DNA of 63,951 nt, filler included, from Saprolegnia diclina VS20 (lineage: Eukaryota), in NCBI RefSeq assembly GCF_000281045.1. It is 4 parts of 2 records of this genome, joined end to end, with 100 filler letters (N's around TTAATTAATTAA, not from the genome) between each part and the next. Parts side by side here need not be neighbours in the genome. Positions count along the whole stretch, not along the records: positions 25,511 to 52,044 come from NW_008246076.1; positions 52,145 to 62,840 come from NW_008246076.1; 2 more parts are not named here. One strand, given 5' to 3'. The translations under genes and the position numbers were made by a program. The notes beneath the pieces are model-generated. The model had not been told where the DNA came from and did not search any database. It worked only from the letters and a program-made list of their open reading frames with translations. Shown piece by piece: positions 46,153 to 56,581 of the stretch. Each line of letters begins with the position of its first letter. Position 1 is the stretch's first letter.

Positions 46153-47237
46153 CGCGGCTGACTTCGGCCTCGTTCCACTTCGCCCACCGTCAGCATCGGT
46201 GACGTGTTTTTATGTATTCTTGCAGGCTATCAAATATCAAGGGGTTGAACCAGATTGTGGGGAAGATACGCTGGCTGATGCTACGAGTGGGAGGAGGCTT
46301 GTTGCATCAACAGCGCTCTCTCAAAACGCTCTCACTACAGTACCGTGCGCAGGTTTGGTTTGGACAAGGAGTATGTCAGAGCATCGTTGCCACAAAAATA
46401 TGACGTGGCAGTCCGAGAGGACAGGTTCCGCGTGCTTGATTGGTCACCCAATCCCTGCGTCGTGAAGAAGGCCAGCACCGAACATCGATTGACGAACAAG
46501 CGACTTCTGTGCGCTGGTTGGCCTCTTCATGGGGCTCTGTCGCCGCCTTCGTAAGCGGCAGCCGCAGCGAGATCCGCAGCTGCGAGCAACGATGCGCTAT
46601 ATCACTGCAAGAATCTTCCGTTTCCCACTTTACGCTGTGCACAGTTCTCTGCTTTCGTTGGCATCTCAGAGACCGGCATTTGATGTACTATCGTTGCGCA
46701 CCTGGTGTTGGGCTAGGAGCCTGGCTGGTTTACAGTTGGGTCGTGCAACGACAAGCATTTGCGTCGGATGCCTTATCGTCGATCTCGCGAGGACGAGTGA
46801 TGCTTGAACCAGAGCAGTGTTCTGGCACGTCGATTTGCGCTGCGCAAAAATCGCCGCCGCTGCTACAGGAGGGCCACGTACCGCAGGAACGCGGCTCTTA
46901 GGAAGGGTCCGGGGCTGTATCTCGATGAACGCGTTCCCTATCGATGGAGCCTCATCTTGCCTCATGAACCCCATGCCGCTCGGCTGCAACCGCGTCATTT
47001 CGCTGGTCGTTGTATTTTGATCTGACTGCAGGAGCAGTGGAAGCGCCATTTGCCGGGCTGTGGCGCGCGTCCCTTGGCGTCCGTTGCGATCCCATGTCAT
47101 CGAAACGTGCGAGCTATGCGTTGTGGGAGGCAATGACGCGCCGCTGTCACGCGCGTCCTAGTGCGTTGATTGGCGTTTGGCTGGCCTGTGATTGGCCGTG
47201 GGCATTTTGGCAAGAAAAAAAAGGCGGCGTCGACCCG

Positions 47238-48609
47238 ATGACCCGGTGCCAGCCCAAGTCCAAGGCCGTGATCCTCGTCGGCGGCCATGAGGACCGGTAC
47301 TTTCGCCCGCTCTCGATGGACCAGCCCAAGCCGCTCTTCCCAATCGCGGGCCGGCCGATGCTCTACCACCACGTCGAGGCCTGCGCCAAGGTGCCCCACA
47401 TGACCGAGATCCTCCTCATCGGCGGCCACGACGAAGGCCTCTTTGCGCGCTTCCTCGACATTGTCATGCGTGAAATCCTCGTGCCCATTCGGTACCTCCA
47501 GGAGCGCGAGCCTTTGGGCACCGCCGGCGGCCTCCGCGTCTTCTTCGACGAGATCATGCTCGGGTCGCCCGACATGCTCTTCGTGCTCCATTACGACATT
47601 TGCTGCAGCTTTCCGCTCCAGGACATGGTCTACCAGCACCTGCGCACGCATGCGTCTTGCACGATGCTCGGCAAGCGCGTGTTTCCCGACGAGGCCAAAA
47701 CGTACGGCTGCATCGTCGCCGACGACGCGTGCGAGGTCGTCCACTGGGCCGAGAAGCCCGAGACGTTTGTGAGCGACCTCATCAACTGCGGCATCTACCT
47801 CTTCAACATCAAAGTACTTGGTCGCATCATGGACGTTGGCGACGCGCGCGCCGACGCCCGCCGCACCGCGCAGGCCAGCCGCAACCAGCCGCGGTTCCCG
47901 TACAAGCCTCTCTTCCACGAATGCGTCAACGGCCTCAGGTAGACATGGATATTTGTGCTTCTTGGCTCTTGATACTGTGCGCTAGCCTCGAGCAAGACAT
48001 TTTGATCCCCATGGCTGGCCAGCAAGAGCTCTACGTGTACGAGACCGGTGACTTTTGGTGCCAGATCAAGACGCCTGGCATGGCCGTCATGTGCTCGGAG
48101 CTCTACATGCAGCGGTACCGGTACGTCGACCCGACGCTGCTCTCGTCGACGGGCGGGAAGCTCTCGCCGCACATTGAAGGCATGGCATATCGCTCTCGCG
48201 CAAGTGCTCATGTGCGAATCTAGGCAATGTGGTCATCGATCCCAGTGCGACCATCCACCCCAGCGCCAAGCTCGGCCCGAATGTCGTGATCGCCGCCGGC
48301 GTCAGCATTGGCAAAGGGGTCCGCGTCGCCCATTCGATCGTGCTCGCCGGGGCGACCATCAAGGACCATGCATGTGTGCTCTTCTCGATCCTGGGCTGGA
48401 ACTGCACGGTCGGCGAGTGGGCGCGGGTCGAAGGCGAACCGCCGAATGACACGATGGCCAAGCCGACGGGCGCCGACACGTCGATCCCGCGCGACGTGAC
48501 CATCTTTGGCACGTCCGTGCTCTGCGCGCCCGAGATCATTGTCCGCAACTGCGTCGTCCTCCCGCGCAAGGTGCTCACGCAAAGCTGCCACAATGAGATC
48601 TTGCTTTAA
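47238..48609 (+). CDS. GMPPA: Mannose-1-phosphate guanylyltransferase alpha-type subunit; 3 exons
   Basis: AVILVGG..FRPLSMDQPKPLFPIAG, PLGTAGGL, EKPETFVSDLINCGIY, LEQDI..FWCQIKT and a C-terminal hexapeptide (LbH) domain. Confidence 0.9.
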
Positions 48610-48621
48610 CTTACACCATTC

Positions 48622-50185
48622 TTACACGATTGCCCGGTTGCTATTGTCGCCTTGCTGGTTGTGTTCTTCTTCATCGTGACCAAGGTTGATGCCATGGTTT
48701 TGTGGGCGCGGTGCAGGGAGAGCGTCGTCTTCGGTCGCTGGCATGACCTCGGGCTGGCCGTCGACGCGCGCTCGCTTGTTGGGGCGGTCGGAAAGTTCTT
48801 GGAAAAAGTCTAGAGCGGAGTTGGACCGGTAGTAGACAGGAGAGACGAGCGTACCATGCACTTTTAAGCGGTGGACGAGCGCCATGAAGTAGTCGCGGTG
48901 CCGCAAGAACATGCATTCCATGCCACTGAGCAGACTCGCATCGAGCAGAATGTTGCCCTCTACTCGACATTGCATGAAAAACGATCCTAAAAAACGGGAA
49001 AATCGACGAAAATACCATCGTCGACGTATTTCTCATCGCCTTGGTCGTTGGCCGCACCAAAGCGCGACTCCATAAAGGACCAGCACTGGTCGGCGCGCGC
49101 GGCCACGACCTCGCGCGTGCACGTGGCGTCGGCGCACGACTTGCGGATCTTGGAGTCGGTGTCGGACCGCAGCGATAGGCTTGGTTCCCCGACGAGCAGC
49201 TTGCGAAACTCCTTGCGGCGGCGCACGTCCATGTGGTCGACGAGCGCGCCGACGCGGAACGCACGGTCGTTGGCGTCTTCGACGTCGGCGTATTGCATCT
49301 ACACCGACACAGACAGTGTCAAGACGACACCTTTGATGCAAGAGTCGTCATAAGTCGTACCGCCCAGGCCGTGCTGAGGGCCTTCTGCGCCGGCGTGAGC
49401 AGCTTGCGAAGCGCCGCCTTTTCTTTGGTGCGCGTCTCAATCGTCGCTTTGGTCGCGCTCGCGATCGTACGTGGCGCTTCGAGCGCTAGTCCGTCCATGA
49501 CCAGCGCCCATGCGTTCGGCGTCGGCTTGCCGCCTTCGAGCGAGACGAGGCCGCCAGCGCGCCGGACGCGCCAGCGCTCGCCCTTGAACCACGTCGCAAT
49601 TTCGAGCCACGGAAGCCCCGTCGACGCGCTGAGCTCGAGGAGCTCAGATTTCGTCGGGCGGCTGTTGCGCAAAAAGGCGAGGCGCAGCGCGACCTGCTGG
49701 TGGATCGACTTGGTCGCGTTGCCTGGCGGCTGGTACGTGGGCGGTGGCACGAGCGGAAAGTACCGCGCGACGGGCACGACGCGGGCCTTGACGCCGCGCC
49801 GGCGAATGTGGCTGCTCGAGGAGTAGTCGACCATGTCGTTTGTGTGCAGCACGTGGGCAAACTCAAAGTCGGGGCCCGGTGGCGCCTCGGGCAGCACGCC
49901 GTCGAGGAGGACCGGACTCTCGCCCTCGATCGCATCAAAGGCCGGCGCGGCCAGCTCGCGCGGGAACGCGACGCGGCCATCGTCGTCGTCTTCGTCGTCG
50001 TCGTGGTTCGCCTCGTCGGTCTCGTTGCCATGGACGCCGACCCGCTCCGACATGTCGAGTGGCATCTGCAGCATCATGACGAGCGACGGCGTCTGCGCTT
50101 CCTCGGGCATCTGCGTCTCCGAGTCGTCAGGCATCTGCGTCTGCGAGTCGTCGGCCTCGGCCATCGTGTTGAGGAGATGGTCCAT
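48622..50185 (-). CDS. Atypical homeodomain-containing protein; probably 3 exons
   Basis: QQVALRLAFLRNSRPTKSELLELSASTGLPWLEIATWFKGERWR; predicted introns 49299-49360 and 48987-49015 join the downstream ORFs in frame. Confidence 0.65.
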
Positions 50186-50200
50186 TCTCGCTGGAATCTT

Positions 50201-50463
50201 ATTGGCACGAAGGATTGGCCGGATGATTCCGCACGGGGATTGGTGCAAAAGATGCAAATACCGACGCATGATTGGTGTACTTTTGAATCAATTGGGATTG
50301 GCCAAAATGAGTAACACCCGGCCAATCAGTGGACGAAAAGGGTTAAACGCGTCAATCCTTCGGATTGGTGGAACAAATGGGTCCTTTGGCGATCTTGACA
50401 AGCGCAGTCCACACGCAGGCAGAGGCCACTTATGGCGCATGCTTCGGACATGACAGATATTGG
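50201..50463. promoter_or_regulatory. Cluster of nine CCAAT/ATTGG boxes
   Basis: ATTGG or CCAAT at 50201, 50214, 50239, 50271, 50291, 50297, 50322, 50364 and 50459. Confidence 0.6.
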
Positions 50464-50659
50464 CAATCACAAGATAAGGATGCTTTAAAGTATCACTTGT
50501 AAGTTACCTGTGGTAGCGTACCAGAGCCCCTCCTTCTCCTGTACGAAACATCCCAGCAGGTCAAGTTGCGTTTTCTCAGTTAATTCACGTTTTTCACATA
50601 TGCGTGTAAAAACACGCGTGGGAAACCCACAATTTGATTCACATTGAAAGCGCGATCTC

Positions 50660-51319
50660 ATGGAGGCGTGGGTGAAGAAGACGACCAAGAATGAGCGCTA
50701 CGTCGACACGAGCACGGTTGAGACCGACCTCGGACTTGGCAGCGTCGACTCGATGAGGCTGATGCGGTCCATCGTCTCGTCTGCCCTCGAGCAGGACGCT
50801 GTGGTCCGGGCGCTCCGGATGGTACATGTTGACGACGACCTCCGCAACGTGCGGACGACGCTTTGGTTGCACGCTCCGTTCGACCTCGAGGACGACGTCA
50901 TTATCGTGCTCAAGAAGAAGGGGAAGAACTCACGACCCCTCACGGTGACAGCGCTCGGCATGGCGGCGATACATGCGAGCGGCCGCGCTCTGCTCGTTTC
51001 GACGCACAACATTCGATTTGCTCAGGGAGCCCCTCGCGGGCACCGGAGCCCACCGGCCACTAACGACGTTGAAGTGGGCGCTGCTCAAGTCGAAGTTCTG
51101 CTCCGAGCTGTCGTGAAGAGCGGTTGCACTCCTCAGTTTCGGACAGGCGTGATCGCCAAGATGAAGACGCCGCCAGAGACAAAGAAGAGCCGTCACAAGA
51201 AAAACAAGGGTGGCAGCCCAAATCTTGTCGCGCGATCCACGCTTGCCGCGTCTGCCGGTCACCACGAGGCCGGTAACCCTTCTCTCATTTATGGGGACAT
51301 CGACTATGCGGGATTTTAG
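50660..51319 (+). CDS. Hypothetical protein (219 aa), no recognised domain
   Basis: ATG-initiated ORF divergent from the homeobox gene, with moderate codon bias and basic patches. Confidence 0.35.
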   Translation: MEAWVKKTTKNERYVDTSTVETDLGLGSVDSMRLMRSIVSSALEQDAVVRALRMVHVDDDLRNVRTTLWLHAPFDLEDDVIIVLKKKGKNSRPLTVTALGMAAIHASGRALLVSTHNIRFAQGAPRGHRSPPATNDVEVGAAQVEVLLRAVVKSGCTPQFRTGVIAKMKTPPETKKSRHKKNKGGSPNLVARSTLAASAGHHEAGNPSLIYGDIDYAGF

Positions 51320-52044
51320 CGCAACAAAAGAAGACGGCCGAGAAGGACAAGGCAGCCAAAGACAAGACGAGCATCATCACGCCGCCAGCCGTCGCTCCGA
51401 GTCCATCGCCACTTACTGCGTAGCAACAAGAGCTCAGCGCGATCCGCGACGCCACGGCGAAATACCATTAATTAGATCTATCTGTCGTGGGCACATGCCC
51501 TAGTTAATTTACCCGATTTATTGCATTTAATCGGGTCACTGAATTCCTAAGCAGGTTACGCGAAGGAGCTCATGCTAACTATCAAACCTAGTAGTACAGT
51601 CGTACATTGACAACCTTTTCGCTAAATGTGGGACGACTTTGCATTCCCAAAGCACGGCTGAGACGACTTTACGCGGTGGCGTCGCAATAGAAGGAGCTTT
51701 CGAAATCTTATTCCGCGTACTCGCCGACTTGCGCGACGCAATTACATGCTAGTGTAAAGGCACCTGCAGGAGTCCTTCACCATTTCACTGACGCATTGGA
51801 TGACTTTGCATGTCAAAAAAGAACTCTGCAGTGCGCCTCGTAGTTGGGTGATTCAAGACGCGTTGAAGTTGAAGTCGAGACAGCATGGGGAGGCGTACGA
51901 GGACCGAGTGGACAAACAACAAAAGTAGTGCATTGGACCACTGAGCTTTAGTGAAACATCTCTACGATGCGCCAAGCGGGCACGTGGCGGGCACTGGTCC
52001 AAGTGTATTTTTCGCGATTTTATTGCATTTAATCGGGTCACTGA

Positions 52045-52144
52045 NNNNNNNNNNNNNNNNNNNNNNNNNNNNNNNNNNNNNNNNNNNNTTAATTAATTAA
52101 NNNNNNNNNNNNNNNNNNNNNNNNNNNNNNNNNNNNNNNNNNNN
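52045..52144. other. Artificial scaffold linker N44-TTAATTAATTAA-N44
   Basis: Same 100-nt spacer as at 25411. Confidence 0.97.
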
Positions 52145-52588
52145 TCCCTGTGATAGATCGATAAAAATGTCGTTACTTAGCGGGCATCATCACAGCCCTA
52201 CTACAGTAGCACAATGCAGGAAGAAGGTGGCGGACAGTCGTTCCATGATTAGGGCAGGGTTAGGGCTATGGAGTTACGCCCAGCCCTACATCGATAGATA
52301 GATACTAGTAGATGGATAGATGGATAAATAGATAGATACAAAACGCCATGATCTTACATGAGCCATTCGGAGACGCTACCCGCCTCCTTGGACTTGGCGG
52401 CGATCGACGGCGCGACGCTTGAGGTGGTCATATGCTGAGCGCTGAGCCGCAACGAGACACTCTCCGTGGCTGCATTCGCAACTGGATCCTGACACACAAC
52501 CGCGCCACTCGGTCCCTACTACAGTGTAAACTGGGCTCGTACATACACCCAAGGGCATCACATTTTCCGGAGATTTTGGGATTTTCCG

Positions 52589-53749
52589 TTAATACTCGGC
52601 GTGGGCCATGTCTAAATACACATTCGGGTGCGCAATCGTAGCGACTTGCCGCTTTGTTTTGGCTTCAAAATGCATCGCACACGCTCGGCCATACTGGCCG
52701 CTTTTTGCCATCTCGGCGATCGCAGTCGCGGTTTCGAGCCCGACGGTTGGCCGGAGCTTGGCGACAAGAAACGAGGTTTCCCAGTGCTTGAACGGACACC
52801 CGTGGCACTGCCCGGCGCGCGGAGCCGGTCCGTTTTGGATCGATATGCAGTCGAAGGGCGCATAGTCCTTCCGACTGCCCACGAGGCCGTACCCGTGCTT
52901 GATGTTATACGCGTACTTCTTCTCAAACTCAGCGGGAGTCGTCGGCGGGCAAAAGAGGCTTTTCCAAAAGGCATAGTTGTCGGCGTACGTAAACCCCGCG
53001 CCTTTGAGGAAGAGCCGGAGCTGGTTACGACCGTCGTACTTGAGGTGACGCGTTTGCGTCAGCGTCGTATAGAGCGAGGCCATGCACAGCGGGAGCGGCG
53101 CCGCGTCCACGTCGGCCGTACACGCCAGGCGCCGGCGACCGCCACGTACGCCGACTGTCCGACTCTGGCACGCCTCGCGGATCGCGCCTTGTACACGTGC
53201 AATGAGGCTCGCAAACCGACCCAGGTCCAGAAACGAGAGCGTTCGTGTCGCGGTTGTGAGCTCGGTTTCGAGCGCCGTCGCCCGGTGCTGTGTCAAAAGC
53301 ACCGCCATGTCGTGCGAGAGCGACGAGACGCGGCAGTAGCCGCCACGTAGCGTCGTATGCCTCTGCGCTACGAGCGGCGGTACCTCGTAAAATGGCACGA
53401 GCAGCGCGCCGTCGTCGTCGGTCGCATACGTAGTCGGCGCCAACGCCAAGAGGTACTGGACAAGCGCGCTCTTGGCGACGACCGTCGCGTTCGAGTCGAG
53501 GTACCAAAGCAAGCGTGCGCGGAAGAGCTTGGTCTCGGCGCGAAGCCACCACTCGTGGAAGAAGGTAGCGTCGCTAGTCGCTGCCACCATGAGGCGGAGG
53601 CCGTAGTACCCGACGGCGTCGGCGGCAGTCCGCTGCGCACCGTCGCTCGCATCGGTGGCTACAAGAACGCGCAGGCGAGCGAGCGCCGCGTCGGCGAGTG
53701 CGTCGAGGGCGACTGGCGCTGTCGGCGGCGTTGGGTACACCAGGTCCAT
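52589..53749 (-). CDS. PRIM2: DNA primase large subunit (4Fe-4S), divergent
   Basis: YPTPP..RLRVL, PLPLCM, HLKYDGRNQLRLFLKGAG, FEKKYAYNIKHGYG, PFDC, CHGCPF, GRAC, HPNVY. Confidence 0.9.
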   Translation of the reverse strand: MDLVYPTPPTAPVALDALADAALARLRVLVATDASDGAQRTAADAVGYYGLRLMVAATSDATFFHEWWLRAETKLFRARLLWYLDSNATVVAKSALVQYLLALAPTTYATDDDGALLVPFYEVPPLVAQRHTTLRGGYCRVSSLSHDMAVLLTQHRATALETELTTATRTLSFLDLGRFASLIARVQGAIREACQSRTVGVRGGRRRLACTADVDAAPLPLCMASLYTTLTQTRHLKYDGRNQLRLFLKGAGFTYADNYAFWKSLFCPPTTPAEFEKKYAYNIKHGYGLVGSRKDYAPFDCISIQNGPAPRAGQCHGCPFKHWETSFLVAKLRPTVGLETATAIAEMAKSGQYGRACAMHFEAKTKRQVATIAHPNVYLDMAHAEY

Positions 53750-53822
53750 GCTCACCCGTGGGCATAGTATCCGGAGTTCTTACGGATACGGGCCAGACAC
53801 GTGGCAGCCCCACATTGCAGGA

Positions 53823-56387
53823 TCACACCGTCGCATCTCGTGCTTGGCTCGGTGCTGCATCGCGCCACGCAGTCGACACGTCCCGTCGACGCCCGTCGCT
53901 GGGCTGGACCCTATTCCGTCGGCGGGCGTCTTGTCGCCGTTGCAGGGCCTGGCGCTGCGGAAGCGAGACGAGCGGTGTATGCCGCCAGGCGTCACTCGTC
54001 CGGCCAAAGCTGGTCTCGGGTCTAATGCGGGTAAAACGTTGGGCGGGAGCCACCGGCTTGTGTGCATCCCAGCACAATAGCAGTGCGTCCAGAACATCGT
54101 CGAGTTGCGCCAACAGCGTCTCGTCGGCGGCTGCTTGGAGCTGCAGCAAACCTTTCGCCACTGCCTGCGTGATATACTGGGATGGTCGCGGCGCCATTGT
54201 GCCCATGTTGGCCAGCGAATGTACGATACGTGCCACGAGTGGCAGCAACTCGGTGCGAAACGTGACGTCATCGTGCAAGATGAGGGCGTCCACGAGCGTG
54301 CTGAGCGTCACCGCGTCTTCGGTCGCCGTGAGGGCCACCCATATGTCGCTACGGTGCGACGCAAAGGCCGCCAGTGTCGTTGCTGCAGTAAACGCCTTGG
54401 CCCGCGCCGGCGACACGGTGAGCGCGACCGCGACACGAAAGAACGTTCGGACCCCGAGCCGAACGACGCCCGCCACGTACATTTCATGGAGCACCTTGCT
54501 CGCGATGAATCGAATGTCGACAGAGGGACTGGTGGCCAAGGCGCAAAGCGACGCTACCGTGCGCTCCAAGCACGCCATCACGAGCGGGTCCCGTGTCGAA
54601 ATGCGATCGATGGCGCGTCGCGCGCGCCGGGCGACGACCGATGTCTCGACCAACTGGATGAGAATAGGGACACTTGCGATCGCTCCCAGACGAATCGTGC
54701 TCAGCCGGCGACCCGACGACTGTGCCCGTATGCTGCTGTCCGGTGCACTGGACCGTGTCAACAACAGCGCCCAGAGGCGAGATGCGACAAGGGGGCCGGT
54801 CGTCGCTTCGACAAGGCTGACCTTGTCCAAGTAATGTCGCCAGAGAAACCAAAGCGCTTGGCACGCATAGACGGGAGCATACGTCTTGGGCGTAGTTGGC
54901 CGGCGTACAATCGCGGTCAGAGCAAATAGCAGCGACCGTACCGTATCGATGTCGAGCGCGCGCCCTTGGAGCGTAACCGTGACGGCCGTGATCGCACGGA
55001 CACGGTCCGACTCGTGCGAGAGTCCGTCAAACACACTGAGGTTGGGCACATGATAGCGCGCCGCGCGCTTGCCGTTCCAGCGCCAGATGCCGAGTGCATA
55101 GAGCGGATATAGGACGATGGCAACGACTGCAATGTGCCGGTTGATGCTACCCTCGGCTTGGGCGGACACGAGCAAGAGCAGTACGGTCGTGTAGCATGAC
55201 GTAGCAAAGGAGAGCGCGCGAACGTTGTTGGGCACATAGCCCACGCCAAGGCACTACACACCAAAAGGTTCAAAACTTCGGAACTAAAATGGACATTTCA
55301 TGTCCATAGTCGACGTCAAACGAGACGTACGGGCTGACAGACATAGTTGTACCGCAAAAGCGACCCGAACAACATCAAGTTGAGACTCCCAAAGAACAGC
55401 GCGACGACGTTGGCGTCGACGAGCAAGACACTTTTCTCCAATGTCAAAATCGTCAGTCCGCAGACTACACCAACGTGTCATAACGCAATACAAACGCTAG
55501 GACACGGTACGGGTACGGGTCATGACCATGAGCGTATCAAACGACGCCTGGAAGCGGAAGCGCACCGCGTACACGTCGGTGGTGAGCCGCTTCTTGTATA
55601 CGAGGGCACCTGCCGGCATAGATGAACATGGCGTCGCATCAGACAAGATATGTACCGTAGTAGAGACTAGCAAAGACGAGGAGACCCACACCGAGCACGA
55701 GATAGTACCGGGACGGACTCGCACACGTCGTCAAATGGGACCCGAGCGCGATGGTGTCGATGCCGCCCGTGCAGCCGACCACGTTCATCGTTGTGTACAT
55801 AAATGTCATGTAGCACAAGTCAAACACAAACGGCGCACACAGCTTCTCGAGCCGCCCATACTGCCGCCACGACGCGACCGCGCAGAGAATAAGGAGACCG
55901 ATGACAGTGAGAAACGCCGTGAGCTGGAGAGTACCGTTGGTCTGGCCCAACCGGAAAAATGCACCCAATTGCTCGTTCGGCAATAACAACTGCAGTGGGC
56001 CGGCGCTAAACCCGAGTAGCTCCAGCCACATGGCACCGAGTTGCAGGCCTCGCCGCGCGTCGCAGAGTCCGAAATACACGCGCTGACGGCGCGCGACAAC
56101 GACGCCGAGTGCTACAGGATGTCGTCATATTTGAAGTGCAAAGGGCAATGTGTACCTTGGGCTTGAATGTCGTGGAGGTCGTGGGCCGATCGATGGAAAT
56201 CATGCAATAGGTCGTGCCGAACGTGGGCTGTGACGCTAAGACTCAGAAAGAGAGCCCAAAGAAGGCCGAGGCCGAGGTGGTGGTAGCTGTCGAGGCCGCA
56301 GCACGACCACGTGCCTGGCACCGGCGGCGTGCAACACTCTGAAGTCCAGTCAAGGGCAGGCACGGACCGGACGCAACTGCACGACAT
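53823..56387 (-). CDS. Hypothetical multi-exon protein: Cys-containing N-terminus, multi-pass membrane region, C-terminal helical (ARM-like) region
   Basis: Consecutive same-strand ORFs (56112-56387, 55639-56079, 55497-55724, 53823-55244) with hydrophobic segments; exon structure not fully resolved. Confidence 0.5.
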
Positions 56388-56581
56388 GCGAGGCCTTGAA
56401 AATCGTGTTGCGATACTGTCGCGATGGTTTAGCGCGATAGTATAATTAGACTAGTACTGGTATCTCTCCACGCAGGTTGGTTTCAACGATACTGGGAGCA
56501 TGATACGTTAGAAATCTATAGGACGGTTTAAAACTGCGTGTTTTTAGTCGCTAACGTCCATGTCGGCGGTCGTCGATAGGC

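Noticed and set aside
202..48609. Mannosylation cluster (GT71 + GMPPA)
   Set aside because: About 45 kb apart, across an artificial join, with unrelated genes in between.
50660..50830. HORMA-like start (SMRLMRSIVSSAL)
   Set aside because: Downstream HORMA motifs (Y.R..FP) are absent.
52290..52340. GATA/GATG simple repeats (also at 1-25)
   Set aside because: Ordinary degenerate tetranucleotide microsatellites.
13129..53749. Functional pairing of RRP12 with RRP36, or MMS19 with its Fe-S client PRIM2
   Set aside because: Separated by linkers and many unrelated genes; consistent with chance.
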